A model generated the notes under the pieces. The model saw only the letters and a list, made by a program, of their open reading frames with translations, made no database searches and was not told the DNA's origin. This document shows positions 34,107-45,813 of a stretch of 64,000 nucleotides of DNA, piece by piece; position 1 is the stretch's first letter; every line of letters begins with the position of its first letter. Position numbers and translations under genes: made by a program. Source of the stretch: Thecamonas trahens ATCC 50062 (Eukaryota; Protista; Apusomonadida); contig NW_013657644.1 in NCBI RefSeq assembly GCF_000142905.1, positions 177,697 to 241,696 of the forward strand, written 5' to 3'.

Positions 34107-36065
34107 ATGTCCGACTCTTCGTTGCCTGAAACTCGTCCGGGCTCTGGTGGTGCCGTGTCTTCTGCGTCGTCTGCGTCGTCTGTGTCGTCTGCGTCGTCTG
34201 GCTCTGCGGTGTCTGCTGCAGATGTTGGGACTGGGACTGGGACTGGGTCTGATACTGGCTCTGGGTCTGGGTCTGGCTCTGCAGCTGGCTCTGCAGCTGG
34301 CTTTGGCTCTGGCTCTGGCTCTGGCTCTGCAGCTGGCTCTGCAGCTGGCTCTGCAGCTGGCTCTGCAGCTGGCTCTGCAGCTGGGGCTGATGCTGGCTCT
34401 GCAGCTGGCTCTGCAGCTGGCTCTGCAGCTGGCTCTGCAGCTGGCTCTGCAGCTGGCTCTGCAGCTGGCTCTGCAGCTGGCTCTGCAGCTGGGGCTGATG
34501 ATGGCTCTGCACCTGGCTCTGAGGCCGATGCTGGCTCTGATTCGGGATCTGAGGCTGATGCTGAGCTGGCCGACTCTCCTTCAAGCTCTTCCTCGGCCTC
34601 ATTGCCCTCTCCGTCCCGCGCCGCCGATGTACAGCTTGAGTTCCTCGCCGCATGCACCATGGGCGACGTAGCCGCGGTGGCCTCAGCGCTCGCCACAGGC
34701 GCGGTGGATCTGAGCGTCACCGACTCGGACGGCTACTCTGGCCTGCACTGCGCAGTCCAAGCTGGATCTAGCGATGTCGTCGCCGCCCTTCTTGCTGCCG
34801 GAGCCGACGTCAACGCTCGCGGCCCGCGCGGAGCCACTGCGCTGCACGAGGCCGCCGCCGCAGGGGCTGACGATATCGCCGCTCTCCTCGTGGCTTCGGC
34901 CGCCATTGAGCTCGACGCGCGCAACAACGCCGGGCAAACACCGCAGGATGTGGCTGTCGCCAAGGGCCGCACTGCCGTCGTCGCCGTCCTCAGCGATGCC
35001 GCCGAGGCTCGCACCGCTGAACGAGTTCTTGCCGCTGCTGCATCCGGTGACGCCGCTGCACTCGCCACCATGTTTGACGCCCACGCCTCAGCCACCCACC
35101 CGTTGGTCCATATCCAGGATTCGTCTGGAGCCACCCCGCTCGCGCTTGCCGCAGAAGCTGGCAGTGTTGCGGCCGTCAAGCTTCTCATCCAAAAGGGTGC
35201 CGATCTTGAGGCCTCTGTCGAGATTCCGGCGTTTGCCTCGCCGCTCTCGCGCGCCCTCGTGGCAGGCCACCTCGACGTTGCCACCATCCTCGTTGAGGCC
35301 GGCGCCTCGCTCGAGTACCCGCTCGGCGCAGCCCGCACCCCGCTCGACGACGCCAAGGCCTTGGGATCGCGCGAGCTTCTAGCCCAAGTCGAAGAGTGGC
35401 TCGCCGGCGCGAGCGACACGGCTGACGCCGAGACCGAGGCCAAGAGCCCGGCTGCCATGCTCGCGTCCAACACAGCGTATGCACCGGCGTCGCCAGCCGC
35501 AGATGCCCAGGTCGCCGGCATCGAGGACAAGCTCATGGCCAACCTTGCGCGGCGGGAGGCGCTCCTGGCCGCAGCCTCCGTCCGCTCACTCTCTGCTGCA
35601 GAGTCAGACGAGCTTGCAGATCTCGAGGCGAACATCACTACGTTTGGTGGCTTTGTCAAGCGCGCCACTGGCCGCGACCTCGTGGGCGAGTTTGCCGCCC
35701 GCGGCTCCGCTTCCATCTCGTCGCGCCCTGCCCGTGCTGGCGGTGAATACAAGACCGCCATCTCGCCTGGTGGCGTCCGCATCGTCTGGGCCAACGACGC
35801 CTACGACCGCGATCAGGCCGACGCCCGCCAGCCGCCGGCCGACTGGCTTGTCGACGACAACCCTGGCGCGTCCAAGGCCACCCCGCTTCCGCCGGGCTGG
35901 GTCGCCTGCATGTCGCAGCGAAAGGGCGTGCCATTTTATCACAACATCGTCACCGGCACATCCACCTGGGAACGCCCCTACAATCACGAAGCCGAACGCG
36001 CCGTCGTCCCCGCCATCACCCGCAAGCGCGACGCCTTTTGCGCCCGACTCGCTGCCCGTCGCTGA
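34107..36065 (+). CDS. Ankyrin-repeat and WW-domain protein with Gly/Ser/Ala repeat N-terminus
   Basis: GYSGLHCAV, GATALHEAA, GATPLALAA ankyrin repeats; LPPGW...FYHNIVTGTSTWERP WW domain. Confidence 0.85.
   Translation: MSDSSLPETRPGSGGAVSSASSASSVSSASSGSAVSAADVGTGTGTGSDTGSGSGSGSAAGSAAGFGSGSGSGSAAGSAAGSAAGSAAGSAAGADAGSAAGSAAGSAAGSAAGSAAGSAAGSAAGSAAGADDGSAPGSEADAGSDSGSEADAELADSPSSSSSASLPSPSRAADVQLEFLAACTMGDVAAVASALATGAVDLSVTDSDGYSGLHCAVQAGSSDVVAALLAAGADVNARGPRGATALHEAAAAGADDIAALLVASAAIELDARNNAGQTPQDVAVAKGRTAVVAVLSDAAEARTAERVLAAAASGDAAALATMFDAHASATHPLVHIQDSSGATPLALAAEAGSVAAVKLLIQKGADLEASVEIPAFASPLSRALVAGHLDVATILVEAGASLEYPLGAARTPLDDAKALGSRELLAQVEEWLAGASDTADAETEAKSPAAMLASNTAYAPASPAADAQVAGIEDKLMANLARREALLAAASVRSLSAAESDELADLEANITTFGGFVKRATGRDLVGEFAARGSASISSRPARAGGEYKTAISPGGVRIVWANDAYDRDQADARQPPADWLVDDNPGASKATPLPPGWVACMSQRKGVPFYHNIVTGTSTWERPYNHEAERAVVPAITRKRDAFCARLAARR
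34255..34520 (+). repeat. 12-bp tandem repeat GCTGGCTCTGCA (GSAA)n within the ankyrin-WW gene
   Basis: More than 15 near-perfect units interspersed with 6-bp GGCTCT units. Confidence 0.95.
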
Positions 36066-36143
36066 GCTGACACAACGACTCACCTCTCCCTCCCCCCCCT
36101 CCCTCCCCCCCCTCCCACGCAAATTACACCTTCCCCCACCCTC

Positions 36144-37214
36144 ATGTCGTTCACTTGGCTGGCGGGTGCAGGCGCTGCTGCCGCGTGGGGCCTTCCGCTG
36201 CTGCAAGAGTACGCCCTCTTCGGCGAGTCGTACTCGCAGGCCGACCGCCACCACGCGTTCTCGACGGCGCACTCTCTGGAGATTGCCCGCCGCGAGTCGA
36301 CACGCGACATATCAGCCCAAAAGTCGCAGCGGGTCCAGGGCCTCATGCTCTCCAACACACTGCTGCTTGGCGTCTGGTTCTCGTTTGTTGTCGAGGGCAT
36401 CATCCCGCCCGAGACCTCGCCGGCCATGGTCTTCATCTACTCGCTCGGCCTCTCGCTTGGCTTTGCCGCTCTCTTCCTCTCGGTCTGGTTCGCCATGAAG
36501 CTCCAGTCACGGATGACCAAGTACAACGTGGCCAAGATCACCCAGGTCTACACCTGTGGCAACATCCACCCGTCGTTCCGCGACTACTACGAGTGCCATT
36601 GCACCACCCTCAACACCCTCGCCATCTGGTGCTTCTACTCGGGCACGGTCTTCCTCATCGGCGCCGCCTGCGTGCTCACCTACACTCGTTTTGCGCTCAC
36701 CTTTGACTCGCCATCGGCAGGTGTCATCTTTGTTGTCGCCTGTGGTCTCACCGTCGCTGCCCTCCTCGTTCTTGGCATCATCTTCCCCACCTCGACCCGC
36801 CTCACGCCCGAGGAAGCCGAGGAGCAGGCGACCAAGGCCGCGGCCAAAGCCGCCCGCGCCGCCGGAATGTCGGCCCACCGCCCGCCGCCCACCGCCTGGG
36901 AAGATGTCTCGGACAACTCACTCTTCCTCTCGGCAGACTCGGATGCTGGCGGCGCTCGCCCGACTCGCCCTGTCGCCCGCCGCGGCTTTGGCGCGGGCGA
37001 AGACGACGAGCCCGGCGCAGACGGGCGCGGCACCAGCAAGGCGGTTCGCTTCCACGCCGACGATCCGGACCCGGCGGTTGTCCCGGTCCTCATGTCCGAC
37101 TACTCGTCACGGTCTGACGGCGAGTCGCTCTCGCTCTACTCGGAAATCGAGTCGACCACGCCGCGCTCGCCGGTTCCTCGTCGTCGCCGCCACCGCCGTC
37201 GCCACCGGCCATAG
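36144..37214 (+). CDS. Four-TM Orai/CRAC-channel-like protein
   Basis: TM1 SNTLLLGVWFSFVVE ends in Glu like Orai SALLSGFAMVAMVE; TM3 WCFYSGTVFL...TYTRF parallels Orai ...CWVKF; TM4 follows; disordered tail. Confidence 0.6.
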   Translation: MSFTWLAGAGAAAAWGLPLLQEYALFGESYSQADRHHAFSTAHSLEIARRESTRDISAQKSQRVQGLMLSNTLLLGVWFSFVVEGIIPPETSPAMVFIYSLGLSLGFAALFLSVWFAMKLQSRMTKYNVAKITQVYTCGNIHPSFRDYYECHCTTLNTLAIWCFYSGTVFLIGAACVLTYTRFALTFDSPSAGVIFVVACGLTVAALLVLGIIFPTSTRLTPEEAEEQATKAAAKAARAAGMSAHRPPPTAWEDVSDNSLFLSADSDAGGARPTRPVARRGFGAGEDDEPGADGRGTSKAVRFHADDPDPAVVPVLMSDYSSRSDGESLSLYSEIESTTPRSPVPRRRRHRRRHRP

Positions 37215-37230
37215 CTCACTCGCTTGCTGG

Positions 37231-38031
37231 TCACGACTTGCGGCCGCCGCTTTGGCCTTGTCGCTGCGGTCGGAGCTCAAAGTTGCCGGTCAGCTCGGCC
37301 TGAAGCCGACCGGTGCGCTTGATGTGCCAGCTCCCGCTGAGCGTCACCCGCCCCGCCGCCGACCGAGACAGCACGCCGCGGTACTCGACCCCATGCGAGT
37401 ACCGGCCCGAGTGGTACCTTTTGAGGAATACCGCCTTGCCACTATCAACGTTGTAGTAGCCACGGATGGTGTACGCCGACAGATCGTCAGTGCCCGAGCC
37501 TGAGAACTGGCCGGCCTCGGCGTCAAGCTGGAGTGCCATCCGCATCGCGTGCCGCTTGCCAAACTCGACGTAGTGTCCGACCCATGTCCCGGCGTACATC
37601 TTTCGGCTGCTTGGCGCAGTCAGCTCGTCGTACGACGGAGGTGGCCCGTATTTGGCGTGCAGCGCATGCTCGGCCGCAGACAGCGGTGCTGACGATCCCG
37701 TCTCAACGTCCTCGCTCCCCATCGCTCGCGCCCGCCGCGACGCATCCGAGCTTGGATCACGCACCATCTTCGTTCCGCACAACACCTGCGTTACCACAGC
37801 GATGCCGACCGTAGCCACTAGTACTCCAAGCAACGAGCACACAATCGCAATGGCGCAGCTCTTGTCACACTCGCCGCTTCCCTCGCCATACCCACCTGAC
37901 ATGCCACTGCTGCTTCCGCCTCCGCCTCCGCCGCCGCCACTTCCGCCACCGCTCTGCGCCTCGGCCACCATCCCGAGGCATGCCACCAGTATCATTGCTC
38001 CGATCAGGCATGTCCTTATTTCCTGCACCAT
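37231..38031 (-). CDS. Type I single-pass membrane protein (signal peptide, Gly-rich ectodomain, PPSY motif, beta-rich cytosolic domain)
   Basis: Hydrophobic N-terminus ending AEA; TM AIAIVCSLLGVLVATVGIAVV; PPPSY; GTWVGHY...GSGTD...GSW. Confidence 0.7.
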   Translation of the reverse strand: MVQEIRTCLIGAMILVACLGMVAEAQSGGGSGGGGGGGGSSSGMSGGYGEGSGECDKSCAIAIVCSLLGVLVATVGIAVVTQVLCGTKMVRDPSSDASRRARAMGSEDVETGSSAPLSAAEHALHAKYGPPPSYDELTAPSSRKMYAGTWVGHYVEFGKRHAMRMALQLDAEAGQFSGSGTDDLSAYTIRGYYNVDSGKAVFLKRYHSGRYSHGVEYRGVLSRSAAGRVTLSGSWHIKRTGRLQAELTGNFELRPQRQGQSGGRKS

Positions 38032-38207
38032 TTCAAGCCGGAACTTTAGCTCTTGTCCTCGGTCCCTGGTCGCCATCGTGCGGCGTGCTGCTGCTGTTTT
38101 TGTCGCCACAGGCAAGTTCCGGGTAGCCTGGCGAGCAGACGGCCCCGCACATGCGAGTTTTGTCTTTCACACGGTTGGCGGCACACACGCTACACCACTC
38201 CATTACT

Positions 38208-39263
38208 ATGGACATCACGGGCCTCCCGAGCGAGCTTATCAATGTCATTGCCTTCTCGGGTAGCCTCTCGGCGCTCGACGTGACGCGGCTGAAACAGAGC
38301 TGCACAACGCTCTACCGCGCACTCTCCGGCACCTTTGCTGACGACATGCACCGTTCCCTGTGCGGGCCGTTGTTTTGTGCGGAGCGGCGATGGTGGCGCC
38401 CAGCGCGGCTCGCGCTCGAAGCTGGCGGCGATGCCTCCTGGGACATCACACGGGCTCTCTGCGGCGCGGATGCGCTTGCCCGCGGCGCGAGCGGCAGCCC
38501 GTGTCGCGCCGACTGGATGGCTGCCATCCGCGTGCTGCTAGCCCGGGCCGACGTCGTTCTGCATGCGCGATGGACCGATGCGCTCGCTTGCGCTGCCTTT
38601 GCTGGCGATCCGGAACTTGTGGCGATCCTCCTTGCCGACGATCGCATTGATCCGACGGCAAACGGATCAAGCGCAGTCCGCGGCGCGGCCAAGGCCGGCA
38701 ACGTCGAGGTGCTTGCCATGCTGCTCGCCGATGGCAGGCTCGATCCAGACAACACCGAAGATGACGCGCCGGCGCTCACCATAGCTTGCCTCTTCTGCAG
38801 CAATCTCGAGGTGATTTACATGCTCCTTGCCGATGATCGGGTCAACCCTGAGAGAAATGACAACTCCGCCATTCGCGCAGCGGCAGAAAAGGGTCGCACC
38901 GACGTGGTCCGCCTTCTGCTCGCTGATGCCCGCGTCGATCCCAGTGATGAAGGCAACGAGGCCATCGGCATGGCTTGCATGCGTGGCTTTGCTACTACCG
39001 TCGACGCGCTCCTTGCTGACCCGCGGGTCGATCCGTTCGATGGCACGTTTGCGCTCCAGATGGCAGCAAGGAGCGGTCACGCCGACGTGGTGAGGCAGTT
39101 GATTGCCGACCCACGGTTTGCGGCGATAGGAGACGCCCAACTCGAAGAAGTGTGCTCTCTCACTACGCTGGCCGGCCACCACGACATTGCCCGCGATATT
39201 CTCCGTGCCGCCGGCACCGCCCGTAGCCTCACCCCCGCCGATCGTCCAGGCCCGGGATTGTAA
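38208..39263 (+). CDS. F-box-like plus ankyrin-repeat protein
   Basis: ITGLPSELINVI...L...DVTRLKQSCTTLY F-box pattern; repeats of LLAD.R.DP....AIR.AA..G..DVV. Confidence 0.8.
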   Translation: MDITGLPSELINVIAFSGSLSALDVTRLKQSCTTLYRALSGTFADDMHRSLCGPLFCAERRWWRPARLALEAGGDASWDITRALCGADALARGASGSPCRADWMAAIRVLLARADVVLHARWTDALACAAFAGDPELVAILLADDRIDPTANGSSAVRGAAKAGNVEVLAMLLADGRLDPDNTEDDAPALTIACLFCSNLEVIYMLLADDRVNPERNDNSAIRAAAEKGRTDVVRLLLADARVDPSDEGNEAIGMACMRGFATTVDALLADPRVDPFDGTFALQMAARSGHADVVRQLIADPRFAAIGDAQLEEVCSLTTLAGHHDIARDILRAAGTARSLTPADRPGPGL

Positions 39264-39432
39264 ATACCACCTGCTGGAGCTCCCGTATCTCAAACGCGTG
39301 TGGCGATGGAGCATGCTCTGGTTCGGCTGGTGATTTGGTTTTGCTCCGAGTCGGGCTTGAGCCTGGCTTCGCCGAAATCGGCTGCCGGCCGTCATGATAG
39401 CAGAGGCGCACACGTGACGACGCAAGTGGGGG

Positions 39433-42185
39433 ATGGCGGACACGTTGGGACCTGCTGCGTCGTGGAAGAGCCTCCATGACCGGTTCTACTCCAAGGAAGA
39501 GGTGTATGAGATGATGTGGGACTCAGAGAGCATCAACCTGGCTAACTACATTGTCGCTGCAGCCCCGTATGGTGGGCCCATTGGTAGGTTGCAAGGGCGA
39601 AGGGAGAGGGGGGGGAGGAAAGGAGGGCGGAAAATGGGCATGGCAGGGCAGGGGAGGAGGAGCCGGAGCGGCCGGGGGACTTATGCAGGGACGGGTTGCT
39701 GCGGGCGTGTGTGGGCGTGTATGTGGGCGTGTGGGCGTGTGTGGGCGTGTGGGCATGCGTGTGCGGGGGCATGCCTGTCTACTTGTGCATGCGTTTGCGT
39801 GGCGGGCGGTTGTGGGCGGGTGTGGGCGAGACAGCGCTGTACCGCGACAAGACCAAGCTGCAGGAGGCGAGCCGTGGGCGCGGCGACCTCATTTCGGTGT
39901 ACACGTCTGCTGGGCGGCTGATGGCGCAGATCGACCCGCGCGCGACGTCGACGACGTCATCGCAGGTGGTGACGATGGGGTGGACGGCGTCGGCGCATCT
40001 TGTGGTTGTGCACGAGGACGGAGTGGTCAACGTGTACGATGTGCACGGCTCGTTTGTGGCCACGTTTACGGCGGCGCCGGACGCAATGGCTGAGGGCGTG
40101 TTTGACGCCAAGGTGTGGGCCGGCGGCCTCGTGGTGCTGACGACGTCGTTCCAGATGTACGCTGTCGAGTTTCGCGACGAGACGTTTGCGGCGATCCGGC
40201 CAAAGAAGCTTGCGGATCCCGAGCTTACCGAGGCGCCGTGGTCGTGGGCGGTCATTCCGCCGGAGCAGGCGCTGTCGCGGTCTGTCGAGGTGCTCCTTGC
40301 GACGAAGCGGACGGTGTACGCGGTCGACGCGTCGCTGGCGCAGGACCAGGTGGTGAGCGAGGGGCCGTACGTGCGGATGGCGCTCTCGCCGTCAGGCAAG
40401 TTTGTGGCGTTGTACAACGCAGCGGGCACGCTCTACGTTCACACGGTTGACTTTGACAAGAACCTCTCGGAGCTCGACACCAAGAAGGGCGACCTGCCGC
40501 CGGACCAGCTGGTGTGGTGCGGGACGGACTCTGTGATCATGTACTGGAACAAGGTACTTTTCATGGTGGGTCCTTTCAGCGACTACGTCAACTACTACGA
40601 GGACTCTGCGGCTGCGGTCATTACCGAGACCGACGGGGTGCGGATCATCACGTCTGAGCGGTGCCAGCTGCTGCGGCGGGTTCCGAACTCTGTACAGTCG
40701 ATCTTTGCACTGGGCGGGACCGAGCCGCCGGCGCTCCTGTACGACGCGTTGGAGCACTACCAGAATAACTCGCCCAAGGCATACGACTCGATTTCGCTTG
40801 TGCGTGACTCGCTTGTCGATGCGGTGGAGGCCTGCATCGACGCCGCAGGCCACATGTTTGAGCCGCGGCTGCAGCGCAAGCTGCTGCAGGCGGCCTCGTT
40901 TGGCAAGTGCTTTCTGGAGATGTACGACCCGACCAAGTTTGTGGAGATGGCGCGGAATCTGCGGGTGCTCAACGCGGTCCGCTTCTACGAGGTCGGCATG
41001 CCGCTGACGTATGCGCAGTACCTCGAGCTCACGCCGCAGGTTCTCATCAACCGGCTCGTCAACCGGCATCACCACCTGCTCGCATACCGCATCTGCGAGT
41101 TTCTGGAGCTCCCGACGGACCGGGTCCTTGTCCACTGGGCGTGCGCCAAGATTGTGCGCGGGATGGGAACCGACCACGAGCTGTGCCAGGCCATTGTGGA
41201 GAAGCTGGCGCCGGTCAAGGGCATCTCGTATGTGGAGATTGCCGAGACTGCGTTCCGGCGCGGACACACCGAGCTCGCGACGTCTCTGCTCGAGTACGAG
41301 CCGCGGCCAGCGCAGCAGGTCCCGCTCCTCATGACAATGCGTGAGAACGAGCTGGCGCTGACCAAGGCCATATACTCGGGCGACACCGACCTGGTGTATC
41401 TGGTCCTCCTAGAGCTCAAGCAAAACAGCTCGATGGAGTCCCTGTTCCGCGTTGTTGCCGGCAAGCCGCTTGCCGCCGACCTCCTCGCGACCTACTGCAA
41501 GTCGCAGGATTTGGAGATGCTCAAGGACTTTCACTACCAGGCCGACGAGGGTCACGAGTCGGCCAACATCATGGTCCGCGAGGCGTACGCCGCCCCGACC
41601 GCCTCGGAGCGCGACCGCCTCCTCCGCCAGGCTATCACCTTTTACGCCGAGTCGCGCGAGTCGGTCTTTGAAGCCAACGCCACCAAGGAGCAACTCAATC
41701 TGCTGGCGTTCCAGACCGACATGCAGCGGCAGAACCCAGGCCACACCTTTGTCAACCTCTCGCTCTCGTCCACCATCTACGAGCTTGTGGTCATCGGCCT
41801 GGTCAAGGACGCCGACAAGCTGCGTAAGCATTTTAAGGTGCCGGACAAGCGCTACTCGTGGCTCATGGTCCGTGGTCTCGCCGCAGCCTCCAACTGGACC
41901 GAACTCGAGAAGTTTGCCTCAAAGAGCAAGAAGTCACCCATCGGCTTTGAGCCGTTCGCGCAGGTCTGCATCGACGGCCACGTTCCGCGCGAGGCTGCCA
42001 AGTACATCCCGCGCATTCCGTCGCACGATACCAAGGCCAAGCTCTGGGCCGAGATCGGTGACTTTGCCTCGGCCGCCGATGAGGCCTTTCAGGCCGAGAA
42101 CGTCGACATGCTCATCGAGCTTGAGCGCCGTGCGAGTCCTGACGTGGCCTCGCGCATCCGCACCCATCTGGCCAAGTTCCGTTAG
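39433..42185 (+). CDS. VPS16: HOPS/CORVET subunit VPS16; exons 39433-39583, 39835-42185
   Basis: AAPYGGPIA, QLVWCGTD, AASFGKCFL, LRVLNAVR, HWACAKI, SGDTDLVY, FKVPDKR, KKSPIGFEPF. Confidence 0.96.
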
Positions 42186-42388
42186 TTCGTCGACGGCACC
42201 TTTCGCTAAACTCAATGCAGTAGCCTAGCGTCCACAAGCTGATGCCGCAAGTCATTGCTTTGGGCACGAGGGTCATACTCCATGCTGGCAAATGGACGAT
42301 AGCGAACACACACACCGCACATCAGTTGGGTCGGTTCCCCTCCCCCTCCCCTCCATTCGATTGCACACACTCAACTCGACCAACAATC

Positions 42389-44744
42389 ATGGCAGCTTCT
42401 TCTTCCTCGAGTACGTTGGTAAAGAGCTCAAAGAGGAAGGGAGGGAGTTTGAAGCGCAAGGCCTGACCTTGCTTGTGGTGCTTGCGCCCCGCCGCGCGCC
42501 TTGTGTGACCATGGCGGGCGTTGGAAGTGTGAGGTGAGGGGGGGTAAAAAAAGGACAAGGTGTTCCAAGTTTGGCGGTCAGGTCCCCCCCCCCCCGCCGA
42601 GCCCACGGGGCGCCTCAGGCCTTGGCATGGCATCGAGAGGGAGAGTGGGCGAGGATTGCAAGATGAAAGGTCATGGGAGTGGCGGGAAAGGGGCCGGGGT
42701 GATGAGGGGGGGAGGTTGAAGGGGGATGTAGGCCGTGAGTGCGCGGGGCGACCGGTCAGTCTAGGAATGACGGAAAACAAACTCACATGCGTTGGCCGAG
42801 TGCAGAGTTTTGGACGACGGATCCGTCCGAGAACCTGCCCATCCGGATGGGCGACGACGTGCACTCGTCGATGGAGCCGCTTACGGTGCAGTCTGCGTTC
42901 AAGGCTGCGGTGGATCGTGCACCTTCGCGAGGTGCACTCCACCGCGAGATTGAGGGGACAGACGACTGGGAGACGCTCACGTACCAGCAGTACTACGACG
43001 AGGTCATCCGTGCGGCCAAGTCGTTTGTTGCGCTTGAAGTGCCCAAGGCGTCGGGTGTGTGCATCATCGGGTTTAACTCGCCCGAGTGGCTGATTGCGGA
43101 TCTTGGGGCGATCCATGCCGGGGCGATTCCTGCGGGCATCTACACGACGAACAAGCCGGAGGCGTGCCAGTACGTGATTGACCATTGCAAGGCAACGATC
43201 ATTTTCGTGGAGAACAACAAGCTCCTGCACCGGATCCTTTCGATCAAGGACGAGTGCCCGAACCTCAAGCACGTTGTGGTGTGGGGGAGGAGCCTGCGGC
43301 ACCCGAGGGCGCTGCGGAGGACTACCTCTCGTCGGTCATGACGTGGACGCAGTTTATGGAGATTGGCGCCGAGATTGAGACTGCTGTCATTGACAAGATC
43401 ACGGAAGAGGCGCAGGTGGGCACGTGCGCGACACTCATCTACACGTCGGGCACGACGGGGACGCCCAAGGCTGCAATGGTGTCGCATGACAACCTGACGT
43501 GGACGGCGAAGCTCGCGTACGAGCTCCTGGACCAGACGGACGCGTCGATCACGCTCTCGTACCTCCCGCTCTCGCACATTGCGGCGCAGATGCTGGACAT
43601 CCACGGCCCGATTGCGTCTGCCGGCTCGGTGTACTTTGCGCGGCCGGACGCGCTCAAGGGCACGCTCGGGCTCTCGCTCAAGAAGGTGCGGCCGACGCTG
43701 TTCCTCGGCGTCCCGCGTGTGTGGGAGAAGATCATGGAGAAGATGCTTGCCATGGGCCAGCAGACGACCGGGTTCAAGAAGACGATTGCACAGTGGGCCA
43801 AGAAGAAGGGCCTCGAGGGCAACTACAACCGGCAGAACGGGTCTGGTGAGCCGTGGGGCTGGTTCTTTGCCAACATGCTTGTGTTTGACAAGGTTAAGGC
43901 TGCGCTCGGGCTCGACCGGTGCACGATCCGTGCCACCGGTGCTGCGCCGATCACGGTGGAGACGCTCGAGTACTTTATGTCGCTCGACCTCCCGATCATG
44001 GAGGTGTACGGCATGTCGGAGACGTCTGGCCTCATCACAGTCTCGCGGCCGCACCAGTACCGCACTAAGTCGTGCGGTGTGTGCCTGCCGGGCACCGAGG
44101 TCCGCCTTGCGGAGCCCGACGCCGACGGCAACGGCGAGATCATCACACGCGGGCGCCAGATCTTCATGGGCTACATGTTCAACGAGGAGAAGACGGCGGC
44201 GGCGTTTGACGATGAGGGCTTCCTCCACACCGGTGACGTCGGCAAGTTTGACGCCGACGGTTTCCTCTACATCACCGGGCGTATCAAGGACCTCATCATC
44301 ACGGCCGGTGGCGAGAACGTCGCGCCGGTCCACGTCGAGAACCTTCTCAAGGCTGCCATGCCGTACCTTTCCAACGCGTTCTGCATCGGTGACCGCCGCA
44401 AGTTCCTCTCGGCGCTCCTGACGTTCAAGGTCGAGGTCGACGCCGAGACCGGCGTGCCGTCGAACCAGCTCACCGCGCCCGCCCGCGCCGCGCTCGCCGC
44501 CGAGGGCATCCAGGCTGCCACGGTCGAGGAGGCTATGGCTGACCCGCGCCTCGACGAGGTCGTCAACGCCGGCCTGGCCCGCGCCAACGAGAAGGCCATC
44601 TCCAACGCCCAGATGGTCCGCAAGTACGTCATCCTCCCCGAGGACTTTTCCGTTCCCGGCGGCACCCTCACGTCGACGCTCAAGTGCAAGCGCAACGTCG
44701 TCCTCTCCAAGTACGCCGAGATCATCGAGGACATCTACGCCTAG
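42389..44744 (+). CDS. Long-chain fatty acyl-CoA synthetase (bubblegum/ACSBG-like); exons 42389-42410, 42806-44744; frameshift at about 43285
   Basis: GFNSPEW, YTSGTTGTPK, SYLPLSHIAAQ, GVPRVWEK, YGMSE, GFLHTGD, ITGRIKDLIITAGGENVAP. Confidence 0.93.
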
Positions 44745-44933
44745 TGCGGTGGTGGCTTTGGCGTTTTCTCTCCCATTCCAGGTTAAACACATCATCACCA
44801 AGCTTCCACATGTGTGTGTGTGTGTGTGTGTGTCCGAAGCACCTGACTGAGTGCGACCTGTGGAGTGCGACAGTGGTTTGGGGCGGGGTGCGGGCGCACG
44901 CAGTCTCGCCCACCTGTCTTGTCTGCCATCGTC

Positions 44934-45573
44934 ATGCACATTGAACTTGATGCCGAGTACGGCTATGTGGTATGTTTTGTGATGCATAGGGCAGGGGCAG
45001 GGGTGGGCGGTGGTGGGTGCCGGGGGGAGGTGCGGGGACAAAGCTGGGGGACAACACACTGACTGACACGGACCTTTCCCGGACGGTGGATGATGATGTG
45101 GGCAACGTGTGGCGGTGTGGGCGATGTGTGGTGGTGTGGGCGATGTGTGGTGGTGTGGGTGAGGCATGCAGATCCTCGCCACCATCGGCCTCATGATCAC
45201 CAACCTGCTGCTAGGCGAACGAGTGGCCTTGGCCCGCAAGAAGTACCACGTCAAGCTGCCGGCCATGTACGGGCCGGACACCAAGGAGGGCAACGCGTTC
45301 TCGCGCATTCAGCGCGGGCATCAGAACTTCCTCGAGACGCTCCCGGACGTCTTTGTCGCCCATCTCATCTGCGGCCTCACTCGCCCACTCCTCACCTCGG
45401 CCATGTGCGCACTGTACATCGCCGGCCGCTTTGCCTACGCTTATGGCTACGCCTCGGCGCCCAAGCTCCGCCTCTACGGCACACCGTTCATCGTTATCGC
45501 CCGCCTTTTCCACCTCTATGGCCTTGGCGAGATGGTGTATTCCATGCTCTACGCCTCGTCGTCGCCGCAGTGA
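44934..45573 (+). CDS. MAPEG family protein (microsomal glutathione S-transferase 3-like); exons 44934-44969, 45172-45573
   Basis: EYGYV, ARKKYHVKLPAMY, FSRIQRGHQNFLE, GRFAYAYGY. Confidence 0.9.
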
Positions 45574-45813
45574 GCGCCCCGAGCCATCGCGCCGTCCAGC
45601 CATTGCGCCCCAAGGCCGAGCAGCCCCCGATCATTGGATTACATCAGCGGCTGGATTCTCCCCCATCCCCCCCCCCCCCCCCCCCCTCCGTCCTCCGTCT
45701 CTCACTACCTGACCGGCCGCTGCCCCTCCCTGCCCCCCTCCCACCCCCCGCCCCCTTCCCGCCTCCACCCACAGCGTGCACAGCCTACTCTTCTCAGTTC
45801 CACTCTCCTTCTC

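Noticed and set aside
33841-34720. Separate (LALQ)n, (EPAA)n and (QLQS)n proteins, or a CRISPR-like array
   Set aside because: Alternative readings of one 12-bp tandem repeat; no spacers or cas genes
43140-45308. 722-aa antisense ORF (likewise 52784-54613, 16055-17497, 10905-12029)
   Set aside because: Shadow ORFs of GC3-rich conserved genes with no motifs of their own
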